From Squalus acanthias (lineage: Eukaryota), in NCBI GenBank assembly GCA_030390025.1, contig JASTWF010000036.1, positions 3,536,001 to 3,600,000 of the forward strand: a DNA stretch of 64,000 nucleotides. The letters run 5' to 3'. The notes under the pieces are model-generated. The model searched no databases and was not told the origin of the DNA. It was given only the letters and a program-made list of their open reading frames with translations. Shown here piece by piece: positions 51,470-63,830 of the stretch (position 1 is the stretch's first letter; every line of letters starts with the position of its first letter). The translations under genes were made by a program, and so were the position numbers.

Positions 51470-52460
51470 GAATTCAAATTTTTTATTAAAAATCTGGAAA
51501 TAAAAAGCTGGTATCAGTAAAAGTGGCAATGAAGCTGTCGGATTGTCGTAAGAATGCAGCTGGTTCACTAATGTCCTTTAGGGAAGGAAATCTGCCGTCC
51601 TTACCCGGTCTGGCCTATATGAGACTCCAGTCCCACTCCAACATGGTTGACTCTTAACTGCCCTCTGAAATGGCCTAGCAAGTTACTCAGTTGTATCAAA
51701 ACTGCTACAAAGGAACAAAACAATGAAAAAGATGGACCACTCGGCTGCGACCTAGGCATTGAATTAGGACACAACGAAGGCACACCCAGCCCAGTTAACC
51801 CTGCAAAGTCCTCCTCATTGACATTTGGAGACTGGTGCCAAAGTTGGGAGTTATCCCACAGACAAGTCCGATCGGCAATCAGCCAGCAAGTGTCTCACCT
51901 CCTGACTCCCCAAAGCCTTTCCACCATCTACAAGGCACAAGTAAGGAGTGTGATGGAATACTCTCCACTTGCCTGGATGAGTGCAGCTCCAACAACACTC
52001 AAGAAGCTCGTCACCATCCAGGACAAAGCAGCCCGTTTGATTGGCACCCCATCCACCACCTTAAACATTCACTCCCTCCACCACCGGCGCACCGTGGCTG
52101 CAGTGTGTACCATCTACAAGATGCACTGCAGCAACTCGCCAAGGCTTCTTCGGCAGCACCTCCCAAACCCGCGACCTCTACCACCTAGAAGGACAAGGGC
52201 AGCAGGCGCATGGGAACACCACCACCTCCAAGTTCCCCTCCAAGTCACACACCATCCTGACTTGGAAATATATCGCCGTTCCTTCATCGTCGCTGAGTCA
52301 AAATCCTGGAACTCCCTCCCTAACAGCACTGTGGGAGTGCCTTCACCACACGGACTGCAGCGGTTCAAGAAGGCGGCTCACCAGCACCTTCTCGAGGGCA
52401 ATTAGGGATGGGCAATAAATGCTGGCCTTACTTGTGACGCCCACATCCTGAGAATGAATT
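51470..52460 (+). mobile_element. Internally deleted Zenon-like LINE with SINE-like 5' region
   Basis: SINE-like core at 51470-51700, APE N-terminal-like KVLLIDIWRLVPKLG at ~51805-51850, RT C-terminus at 51890-52405 and 3' tail. Confidence 0.75.
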
Positions 52461-52790
52461 TTAAAAATACTGTAAATCTGCCCACTGGCTAACTAAATTG
52501 TCATTCACTGATTGCACAATATATTGTGCAAAGGCACTGACTTGCAAAGTCAAGCACTTTAATAAGTAATATTGTGCAACGCAATTACTCATCACACCAC
52601 GACTGTACACACGCTGTTCATGCGATTCTGCCAACGCTTGAAATTTGCGAGACTGAGAAGTCACCAAACTGCACAACTTGCCAAATATGACTTTGCTGCC
52701 CAACAACAACAACTTGTATTTAAATAGCGCCTTTAACGTAGTGACACGTCCCAAGGCGCTTCACAGGAGTATTATAAGACAACAAATTGA

Positions 52791-55428
52791 CCATCCCCTC
52801 CACTCCGAAACCACATCCACTCCGAAACCACATCCACTCCACTCCGAAACCACATCCACTCCGAAACCACATCCACTCCACTCCGAAACCATATCCACTC
52901 CGAAACCACATCCACTCCACTCCGAAACCACATCCACTCCACTCCGAAACCACATCCACTCCACTCCGAAACCATATCCACTCCGAAACCACATCCACTC
53001 CGAAACCACATCCACTCCACTCCGAAACCACATCCACTCCGAAACCACATCCACTCCACTCCGAAACCACATCCACTCCGAAACCACATCCACTCCACTC
53101 CGAAACCACATCCACTCCACTCCGAAACCACATCCACTCCGAAACCACATCCACTCCACTCCGAAACCACATCCACTCCACTCCGAAACCACATCCACTC
53201 CACTCCGAAACCACATCCACTCCACTCCGGAAGCACATCCACTCCGAAACCACATCCACTCCACTCCGAAACCACATCCACTCCACTCCGAAACCACATC
53301 CACTCCACTCCGAAACCACATCCACTCCACTCCGGAACCACATCCACTCCGAAACCACATCCACTCCACTCCGAAACCATATCCACTCTGAAACCACATC
53401 CACTCCACTCCGAAACCACATCCACTCCACTCCGAAACCACATCCCCTCCACTCCGAAACCACATCCACTCCGAAACCACATCCACTCCACTCCGAAACC
53501 ATATCCACTCCGAAACCACATCCACTCCACTCCGAAACCACATCCACTCCACTCCGAAACCACATCCACTCCACTCCGAAACCACATCCACTCCACTCCG
53601 AAACCACATCCACTCCGAAACCACATCCACTCCACTCCGAAACCACATCCACTCCACTCCGAAACCACATCCACTCCACTCCGAAACCACATCCACTCCA
53701 CTCCGAAACCACATCCACTCCACTCCGAAACCACATAACCTCCACTCCGAAACCACATCCACTCCCAAACCACATCCACTCCAGTCCGAAACCACATCCA
53801 CCCCACTCCGAAACCACATCCCCTCCACCCGGAAACCACATCCACTCCACTCCGAAACCACATCCACTCCACTCCGAAACCACATCCACTCCGAAACCAC
53901 ATCCACTCCACTCCGAAACCACATCCACTCCACTCCGAAACCACATCCACTCCGAAACCACATCCACTCCACTCCGAAACCACATCCACTCCACTCCGAA
54001 ACCACATCCACTCCACTCCGAAACCACATCCACTCCGAAAGCACATCCACTCCACTCCGAAACCACATCCACTCCACTCCGAAACCACATCCACTCCGAA
54101 AGCACATCCACTCCACTCCGAAACCACATCCACTCCACTCCAAAACCACATCCCCTCCACTCCAAAACCACATCCACTCCACTCCGAAACCACATCCACT
54201 CCGAAACCACATCCACTCCACTCCGAAACCACATCCACTCCACTCCGAAACCACATCCACTCCAGTCCGAAACCACATCCACTCCACTCTGAAACCACAT
54301 CCCCTCCACTCCGAAACCACATCCACTCCACTCCGAAACCACATCCACTCCACTCCGAAACCACATCCCCTCCACCCGGAAACCACATCCACTCCACTCC
54401 GAAACCACATCCACTCCACTCCGAAACCACATCCACTCCACTCCGAAACCACATCCACTCCACTCCGAAACCACATCCACTCCACTCCGAAACCACATCC
54501 ACTCCACTCCGAAACCGCATCCACTCCACTCCGAAACCGCATCCACTCCACTCCGAAACCGCATCCACTCCACTCCGAAACCGCATCCCCTCCACTCCGA
54601 AACCACATCCACTCCGAAACCACATCCACTCCACTCCGAAACCATATCCACTCCGAAACCACATCCACTCCACTCCGAAACCACATCCACTCCGAAACCA
54701 CATCCACTCCACTCCGAAACCACATCCACTCCACTCCGAAACCACATCCACTCCACTCCGAAACCACATCCACTCCACTCCGGAACCACATCCACTCCGA
54801 AACCACATCCACTCCACTCCGAAACCACATCCACTCCACTCCGAAACCACATCCACTCCGAAAGCACATCCACTCCACTCCGAAACCACATCCACTCCGA
54901 AACCACATCCACTCCACTCCAAAACCACATCCCCTCCACTCCAAAACCACATCCACTCCACTCCGAAACCACATCCACTCCGAACCCACATCCACTCCAC
55001 TCCGAAACCACATCCACTCCACTCCGAAACCACATCCACTCCAGTCCGAAACCACATCCACTCCACTCCGAAACCACATCCCCTCCACTCCGAAACCACA
55101 TCCACTCCACTCCGAAACCACATCCCCTCCACTCCGAAACCACATCCACTCCACTCCGAAACCACATCCCCTCCACCCGGAAACCACATCCACTCCACTC
55201 CGAAACCACATCCACTCCACTCCGAAACCACATCCACTCCACTCCGAAACCACATCCACTCCGAAACCACATCCACTCCACTCCGAAACCACATCCACTC
55301 CACTCCGAAACCACATCCACTCCACTCTGAAACCACATCCCCTCCACTCCGAAACCACATCCACTCCACTCCGAAACCACATCCACTCCACTCCGAAACC
55401 ACATCCCCTCCGAAACCAGATCCACTCC
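52791..55428. repeat. 2.6-kb minisatellite of 22-bp (CCACTCCACTCCGAAACCACAT) and 17-bp (CCACTCCGAAACCACAT) units
   Basis: Direct reading of the tandem units. Highly homogeneous and strongly C/A strand-skewed. Confidence 0.97.
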
Positions 55429-56134
55429 CGGGCACTTGTGCTCTCCGCCTCCCCACAGAGCCTCTCCGCAAAGAAGCCACATGGACTCGCCCCACCCTGA
55501 ACCAGAGGCTAAAGCCCCACCCACAGTGCAGCAGGCACTCCACTCTGTGGGTTATAGAAACATAGGAGCAGGAGTAGGCCATTCGGCCCCTCGAGCCTGC
55601 TCCGCCATTCAATGCGATCATGGCTGATCAATATATGGGGGTGGCTCCACTAAAACAGGCTGCGATGTTTAAGTACCAAGCCTGAGCTCATTTCTACTCT
55701 TCCTGTTTTCCTTCCTGTGAACAATCTGACGGTGCATGGTTCATCGCTCAGCTCTGCTTTTCCTCTTTCTGTAGCACATTCTAATGGGTTTCGGTGGACA
55801 GGATTAAATATAAGAACACTTTTATTTTGATACAGAAGTGCTGAAAGAGCAATATCTATATTGTAGCCAATGGAAACGGAGCCACGGTTTCATTTCCTTC
55901 GTATCAAATAAGGGGCAGCTCGTGTTTATTTTCTCTCAAAAGATTCAATGACTAATTTGTTGCCGAGGTGATTTATCTGTGGACCGCTGCAGTATTTGGC
56001 TTCATCTCTAGGTATCACGGATGAGTTACTGCCGCTGTCCCTAGACATTCATAAATGAGCCTGTTGGTTGAGCTTTGCAAAGCACCTTGTATTTAATTAA
56101 CTGCTTACTTGCCGAAGAAAAACGTACAGGGGGA

Positions 56135-57300
56135 CCTCAATTATCAGGGATCTAGGGGTACAGATTCACAAATCATTAAAAGTAGCAATGCAGGTTAACA
56201 AGGTCGTAAAAAAATGCAATCCAAGCACTGGGGTTCATTTCTCGAGGGATAGAATTGAAAAGCAGAGAAGTTAAGTTAAACTTGTATCGAACCTTGGTTA
56301 GACCACACTTGGAGCACTGTGCACAGTTCTGGTCTCCATATTAAAAAAAGGATATAGAGGCACTGGAGAAGGTGCTAAAAAGATTAACAATGGTGATACC
56401 AGAACTGAGAGGTTGGGCACCGATCTTGCCAGCCCTGGGGAGGCGGGTTTGGAGGCGGGACTGCCGGGAAAATGGCAGAATTTGGGGGCGGGTGCCCATC
56501 CCGCCTCCGTACCATTTTCCCGGGAGGCGGGTAGCCGTCCCGCGCCGGATCCCGGATCCTGGAGGCGGGAAGGGGATTACAGCCACTTAACCTGTTAACA
56601 GGTAGTTAACAGGCAGTTAAGAGGATTATCCCCATTTTTCCAACAGAGGCGCGGGCTTCCCGACGTCGGGAAACCCCGCCAGGGTCACCGAGGCGAGCAG
56701 TGGGTCTGCGGGGGTCTGCGGGGTGCAAAAGTGCACTGTGGAGGTGAGTGATGGGTGCAAGTGTGGAGAGGTGAGTATGTGAGGTGAGTGAAAAGTGATA
56801 GAAAATATTTACTTACCTTCGTTTCTTCCTGCAGGCTTCAACAGTTGGGGATGCGGAGAGTCTCGCATCTCACCGGCAGAGATGACAGATGGCTGCTGCA
56901 TTCTCCGATGCAACAACCATCTAATTTCTGCTCACAAAAGAGGTTTGATGAGTCTTGAATACAAGGACTCATCAAACTACAGAGAATGTCAGTGTTTGAC
57001 AGCTTCACAGAGCTGTCAAACGATGACAATTCATCTGTCAAAAATTGTTGACAGATGAAACGTCATATGCTGACGTTCTCTGTAACCGGCTTCCCCTTAA
57101 TTGGCCTGCTAAGCCCGCTGGGCAGGCTTAACAAGGTCAATCAAGGGAAAATAGCGTGGGTTGGCTACAAGTCAATGGAGGCGGGACTAAAACCCGACAA
57201 GTGGGAGTTCCGCCTCCAACGCGCCCCCATTGGCAAAATCGCCCCCGTTATACCTGTCAAGAAAGATTGAAGAGGCTGGGGCTCTTTTGTCCAGCTCTTA
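56135..57300 (+). mobile_element. CR1 fragment interrupted by a MITE
   Basis: The CR1 reads gaactgagagGTTatacctgtcaagaaagattg once 56415-57246 and one GTT are removed. Confidence 0.8.
56415..57246. mobile_element. Harbinger-type MITE, 832 bp
   Basis: Imperfect TIRs GGGCACCGATCTTGCCA / TGGCAAAATCGCCCCC. TSD GTT. The last 12 bp of the right end match the MITE at 1395-1957. Confidence 0.8.
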
Positions 57301-57458
57301 AAAGGCAGCCGCTCACATTTAAATGCAAGGGACTTGTGCTGCAAGAAGCTGCCACTTACAGAAAAGCAAATTATGGAAGACAGAAGATACGTGGATCACG
57401 TTGGTCCTTTCGAAGCACTGCTGGAAGAGATGCAGCAAAGGAGAATTGCTCTGCTCTG

Positions 57459-57925
57459 TGTCAGCTATGGCTCAGTGGGTAGCACACTCGCCTCTGAGGT
57501 CAGAAGGTTGTGGGTTCTAAATCCCACTCCAGGGACTCAAGCACATAAATCTAGGCTGACACTCCAGTGCCGTGCTGAGGGTGTGCTGCACTGTCAGAGG
57601 TGCCGTCTTTCGGATGAGACGTTAAGCCGAGGCCCAGTTTGCCCCCTCAGGTGGACATAAAAGATCCCATGGCACTATTTCGAAGTAAGAGAAGGGAAGT
57701 TATCCCCAGTTTCCTGGCCAATATTTATCCCTCAACCAACATCACAAAAACAGATTATCTGGTCATTATCACAGTGCTGTTTGTGGGAGCTTGCTGTGCG
57801 CAAATTGGCTGCCACGTTTCCCACATTACAACAGTGACTACACTTCAAAAGTACTTCATTGGCTGTAAAGTGCTTTGGGAGGTCCGGTGGTCATGAAAGG
57901 TGCTATAGAAATGCAAGTCTTTCTT
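57459..57925 (+). mobile_element. DeuSINE, full length
   Basis: Family match. Confidence 0.88.
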
Positions 57926-58396
57926 TTTTTGCTCGGCAGTCCGCACTGTATGAGGGGAGGTGGTGAAGCGGGTAAATGCCGTCCCCAACATTTGAAGGCC
58001 CTGGGACCAAATTCCGTTTTCCAGTCTCTGCAAGATTACCAAAGAAAGTATATGGGCATAGCATGGGTGCCACAGTGCCGTCCGATGTTGAGCTGCAGGT
58101 CTTCTGCAGCAAGCTGCAAGCTAAATGGTCTCGCTGACCCCAGCTGATACTTTCAGCAGGTCTTCCAGGCCGCTGGTCTGAGCACATCCCAGCTGTTTGA
58201 TATTTTTTACCTGTCAGCCATGGCTCAGTGGGTAGCACTCTCGCCTCTGAGGTGGAAGGTCTGTGGGTTCAAGCCCCACTCCAGAGACTTGAGCCAGACT
58301 CCTAGATAAATGCCAACACGGACTGGTTGGGTCAAACGGCCTGATTCTATGTTGCAATGTCCACGAAAAAAGGTGAAGATAGTGTGACAATATTGG

Positions 58397-61300
58397 AGTA
58401 ACAGTAACAGACCCTCACAGTCACTGATATACAGTGACAGAACCTCACAGCCCCTGATAGACAGTGACAGACACTCACAGCCCCTAATACACAGTAACAG
58501 ACCCTCACAGTCCCTGATAGACAGTGACAGACACTCACAGCCCCTAATACACAGTAACAGACACTCACAGCCCCTAATACACAGTAACAGACCCTCACAG
58601 CCCCTAATACACAGTAACAGACCCTCACAGCCAATGATAGACAGTGACAGATGCTCACATCCCCTGATACACAGTAACAGACCCTCACAGTCACTGATAT
58701 ACAGTGACAGAACCTCACAGCCACTGACAGACAGTGACAGAACCTCACAGCCCCTGATATACAGTGACAGACACTCACAGCCACTGATATACAGTGACAG
58801 ACACTCACAGCCCCTAATACACAGTAACAGACCCTCACAGTCCCTGATATACAGTAACAGACCCTCACAGCCACTGATATAGAGTAACAGACCCTCATAG
58901 ACAGTGACAGACCCTCACAGCCACTGATATACAGTAACAGAACCTCACAGCCCCTGATAGACAGTGACAGACCCTCACAGCCACTGATATACAGTAACAG
59001 ACCCTCACAGCCACTGATATACAGTGACAGACCCTCACAGCCACTGATATACAGTGACAGACACTCACAGCCACTGATATACAGTAACAGACCCTCACAG
59101 CCACTGATATACAGTGACAGACCCTCACAGCCACTGATATACAGCCACTGACAGACACTCACAGCCACTGATAGACAGTAACAGACACTCACAGCCACTG
59201 ATATACAGTGACAGACACTCACAGCCACTGATATACAGTAACAGACACTCACAGCCACTGATATACAGTAACAGACACTCACAGCCACTGATATACAGTA
59301 ACAGACCCTCACAGCCACTGATAGACAGTGACAGACCCTCACAGCCACTGATATACAGTGACAGACCCTCACAGCCACTGATATACAGTGACAGACACTC
59401 ATAGACACTGATATACAGTAACAGAACCTCACAGCCCCTGATAGACATGGACAGACACTCACAGCCACTGATACACAGTGACAGACCCTCATAGACAGTG
59501 ACAGACCCTCACAGCCACTGATATACAGTGACAGACACTCATAGACAGTGACAGAACCTCACAGCCACTGATAGACAGTAACAGACACTCACAGCCCCTG
59601 ATAGACAGTAACAGACACTCACAGCCCCTAATACACAGTAACAGACCCTCACAGCCCCGATATACAGTGACAGCCCCTCACAGCCACTGATATACAGTGA
59701 CAGACACTCAATGCCCCGATAGACAGTGACAGACCCTCACAGCCACTGATATACAGTAACAGACCCTCACAGCCACTGATATACAGTGACAGACCCTCAC
59801 AGCCACTGATATACAGTGACAGACACTCACAGCCCCTAATACACAGTAACAGACCCTCACAGTCCCTGATATACAGTAACAGACCCTCACAGCCACTGAT
59901 ATAGAGTAACAGACCCTCATAGACAGTGACAGACCCTCACAGCCACTGATATACAGTGACAGACACTCACAGCCACTGATAGACAGTGACAGACCCTCAC
60001 AGCCACTGATATACAGTGACAGAACCTCACAGCCCCTGATAGACAGTGACAGACCCTCACAGCCACTGATATACAGTAACAGACCCTCACAGCCACTGAT
60101 ATACAGTGACAGACCCTCACAGCCACTGATATACAGTGACAGACACTCACAGCCACTGATATACAGTAACAGAACCTCACAGCCACTGATATACAGTGAC
60201 AGACCCTCACAGCCACTGATATACAGCCACTGACAGACACTCACAGCCACTGATAGACAGTAACAGACACTCACAGCCACTGATATACAGTGACAGACAC
60301 TCACAGCCACTGATATACAGTAACAGACACTCACAGCCACTGATATACAGTAACAGACACTCACAGCCACTGATATACAGTAACAGACCCTCACAGCCAC
60401 TGATAGACAGTGACAGACCCTCACAGCCACTGATATACAGTGACAGACACTCATAGACACTGATATACAGTAACAGAACCTCACAGCCCCTGATAGACAT
60501 GGACAGACACTCACAGCCACTGATACACAGTGACAGACCCTCATAGACAGTGACAGACCCTCACAGCCACTGATATACAGTGACAGACACTCATAGACAG
60601 TGACAGAACCTCACAGCCACTGATAGACAGTAACAGACACTCACAGCCCCTGATAGACAGTAACAGACACTCACAGCCCCTAATACACAGTAACAGACCC
60701 TCACAGCCCCTGATATACAGTGACAGCCCCTCACAGCCACTGATATACAGTGACAGACACTCACAGCCCCGATAGACAGTGACAGACCCTCACAGCCACT
60801 GATATACAGTAACAGACCCTCACGGCCACTGATATACAGTGACAGACCCTCACAGCCACTGATATACAGTGACAGACCCTCACAGCCACTGATATACAGT
60901 GACAGACCCTCACAGCCACTGATATACAGTAACAGACCCTCACAGCCACTGATATACAGTGACAGACCCTCACAAACACTAATATACAGTGACAGAACCT
61001 CACAACCACTGATATACAGTAACAGACCCTCATAGCCACTGATATACAGTGACAGACCCTCACAGCCCCTGATATACAGTGACAGAACCTCACAGCCCCT
61101 GATATACAGTGACAGAACCTCACAGCCCCTGATATACAGTGACAGAACCTCACAACCACTGATATACAGTGACAGACACTCTCAAACACTGATATACAGT
61201 AACAGAACCTCACAGCCCCGATATACAGTGACAGACACTCACAGCCACTGATACAGAGTGACAGAACCTCACAGCCCCGATATACAGTGACAGACCCTCA

Positions 61301-61819
61301 CAGCCACTGATACAGAGTGACAGAACCTCACAGCCTCTGATATACAGTGACAGACACTCACAGCCACTGATAGACAGTGACAGACCCTCACAGCCACTGA
61401 TATACAGTAACAGACCCTCACAGCCACTGATAGACAGTAACAGACACTCACAGCCACTGATATACAGTGACAGACACTCACAGCCACTGATATACAGTAA
61501 CAGACACTCACAGCCACTGATATACAGTAACAGACCCTCACAGCCACTGATATACAGTGACAGACCCTCACAGCCACTGATATACAGTGACAGACACTCA
61601 CAGCCACTGATACAGAGTGACAGAACCTCACAGCCCCTGATATACAGTGACAGACACTCACAGCCACTGATATACAGTAACAGACACTCACAGCCCCTGA
61701 TATACAGTAACAGACACTCACAGCCCCTGATAGACAGTGACAGACCCTCACAGCCACTGATATACAGTGACAGCCCCTCACAGCCACTGATATACAGTAA
61801 CAGACCCTCACAGCCTCTG
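58397..61819. repeat. 3.4-kb minisatellite, 30-bp unit ACAGTGACAGACCCTCACAGCCACTGATAT
   Basis: Direct reading. Three 10-bp subunits per unit, with variant units. Confidence 0.97.
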
Positions 61820-61821
61820 GG

Positions 61822-62533
61822 AGTGTGGGATTGCAGAATCACCCTGATCTCAGCTATCAGCAAGACAAAAATAGAATCCATACGGATAGAGATAAAAGAT
61901 AATAACGGATCAATCACACTAATAGGTGTAGTCTACAGACCACCTAATAGTGGGAGGGAGGTGGAGGAAGAAATATGCAGACAAATTAGGGAAATGAGTA
62001 AAAAACATCGAATAATAATCATGGGGGATTTCAATTACCCCGATATTAATTGGGCAGAAGAGGTAGGTAAAGGGGATAAGGGAATGGAGTTCCTACAATG
62101 TGTACAGGACTCCTTTCTAACCCAAATATGTAAAAAGCCCAACAAGGGAGGATTCGCTATTGGATCTAGTAATGGGGAATGAACCAGAGCAGATAAGAGA
62201 AGTAAAAGTAGGGGAACATCTAGGCAATAGTGACCATAATATAATACGCTTTAAGATGATAATTGAGACGGACATAAGTATGATGAAAACCAGGGTAATA
62301 GATTGGAGAAAAGCTGATTTTGAGGGGCTGAAAATAGAACTTGGGAAAATAAAATGGGCACCAATATTGGCAAACAACGATGTAGAACAGCAATGGGACA
62401 CATTTAAAACGGTGTTCAACAGAGTGCAGGAACAATATATTCAGCTAAAAGGAAAGAACAAACTAAACACTAATGAGACTCCATGGATGAATAAAGCCAT
62501 AAGGGAACAATTGAGGGTAAGGAAAGAGGCATA
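61822..62533 (+). mobile_element. CR1 ORF2 endonuclease region (host element; continues at 63831-64000)
   Basis: LIGVVYRPPN, IIMGDFNYPDINW, LDLVM, HLGNSDHNII and TPWMN. The linker EMVEILNNYFASVFTRE resumes after 63830. Confidence 0.9.
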
Positions 62534-63830
62534 CAGTGTATTTAGACTTCCAGAAGGCATTCGACAAGGTGCCACATAAAAGATTATTGCTCAAGATAAA
62601 AAATCACTGGATTGGGGGTAATATTCTGGCATGGGTGGAGGATTGGTTATCTAACAGGAAGCAGATGGTAAATGGTTCATTCTCGGACTGGCAACCAGTA
62701 GCCAGTGGTGTTCCGCAGGGGTCGGTGCTGGGTCCCCAACTCTTTACAATCTATATTAACGATTTGGAGGAGGGGACCGAGTGTAACATATCAAAGTTTG
62801 CAGATGATACAAAGATGGGAGGGAAAGTAGAAAGTGAGGAGGACATAAAAAACCTACAAGGGGATATAGACAGGCTGGGTGAGTGGGCGGAGATTTGGCA
62901 GATGCAATACAATATTGGAAAATGTGAGGTTATGCACTTTGGCAGGAAAAACCAGAGAGCAAGTTATTATCTTAATGGCGAGAAACTGGAAAGTACTGCA
63001 GTACAAAGGGATCTGGGGGTCTTGGTGCAAGAAAATCAAAAAGTTAGTATGCAGGTGCAGCAGGTGATCAAGAAGGCCAACGGAATGTTGGCTTTTATTG
63101 CTAGGGGGATAGATTATAAAAACAGGGAGGTATTGCTGCAGTTATATAAGGTATTGGTGAGACCGCACCTGGAATACTGCATACAGTTTTGGTGTCCATA
63201 CTTAAGAAAAGACATACTTGCTCTCGAGGCAGTACAAAGAAGGTTCACTCGGTTAATCCCGGGGATGAGGGGGTGGACATATGAGGAGAGGTTGAGTAGA
63301 TTGGGACTCGACTCATTGGAGTTCAGAAGAATGAGAGGCGATCTTATTGAAACATATAAGATTGTGAAGGGGCTTGATCGGGTGGATGCGGTAAGGATGT
63401 TCCCAAGGATGGGTGAAACTAGAACTAGGGGGCATAATCTTAGAATAAGGGCCTGCTCTTTCAAAACTGAGATGAGGAGAAACTTCTTCACTCAGAGGGT
63501 AGTGGGTCTGTGGAATTTGCTGCCCCAGGAAGCTGTGAAAGCTATATCATTAAATAAATTTAAAACAGAAATAGACAGTTTCCTAGAAGTAAAGGGAATT
63601 AGGGGTTACGGGGAGCGGGCAGGAAATTGGACATGAGGCTGAGTTCGGATCGGTCAGGGCCCTGTGGGTGGCGGAGCGGGCCCAGGGGCTGAGTGGTCGG
63701 GTCCTGCTCCTACTTCTTGTGTTCTTTAGATTTGAGGTGAGGATCAGATCAGCCATGATCTTATTGAATGGCGGAGCAGGCTCGAGGGGCCGATTGGCCT
63801 ACTCCTGCTCCTATTTCTTATGTTCTTATG
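62534..63830 (+). mobile_element. Second, 5'-truncated CR1 (open 366-aa RT part + dimeric 3' UTR) nested in the first
   Basis: YLDFQKAFDKVPH, SGVPQGSVLGP, SKFADDTK and (TTCTTATG)n tail. Confidence 0.93.

Noticed and set aside
52678..55621. Very long ORFs (237-949 aa) on both strands
   Set aside because: They are translations of a 22/17-bp tandem repeat with frame-shifting unit lengths, and their ends run into L2 or CR1 sequence. There is no gene structure.
3232..58295. tRNA genes suggested by A/B-box motifs
   Set aside because: All are SINE heads continuing into Deu, V or Meta-type bodies. I found no standalone cloverleaf.
52791..61819. CRISPR-like arrays
   Set aside because: Units are contiguous with no unique spacers, there are no cas genes, and the context is vertebrate.
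58347..61917. Cys-rich ORFs (VRVCYCISVA)n resembling keratin-associated or metallothionein-like proteins
   Set aside because: They are by-products of a 30-bp satellite, and the frames are broken by non-triplet indels.
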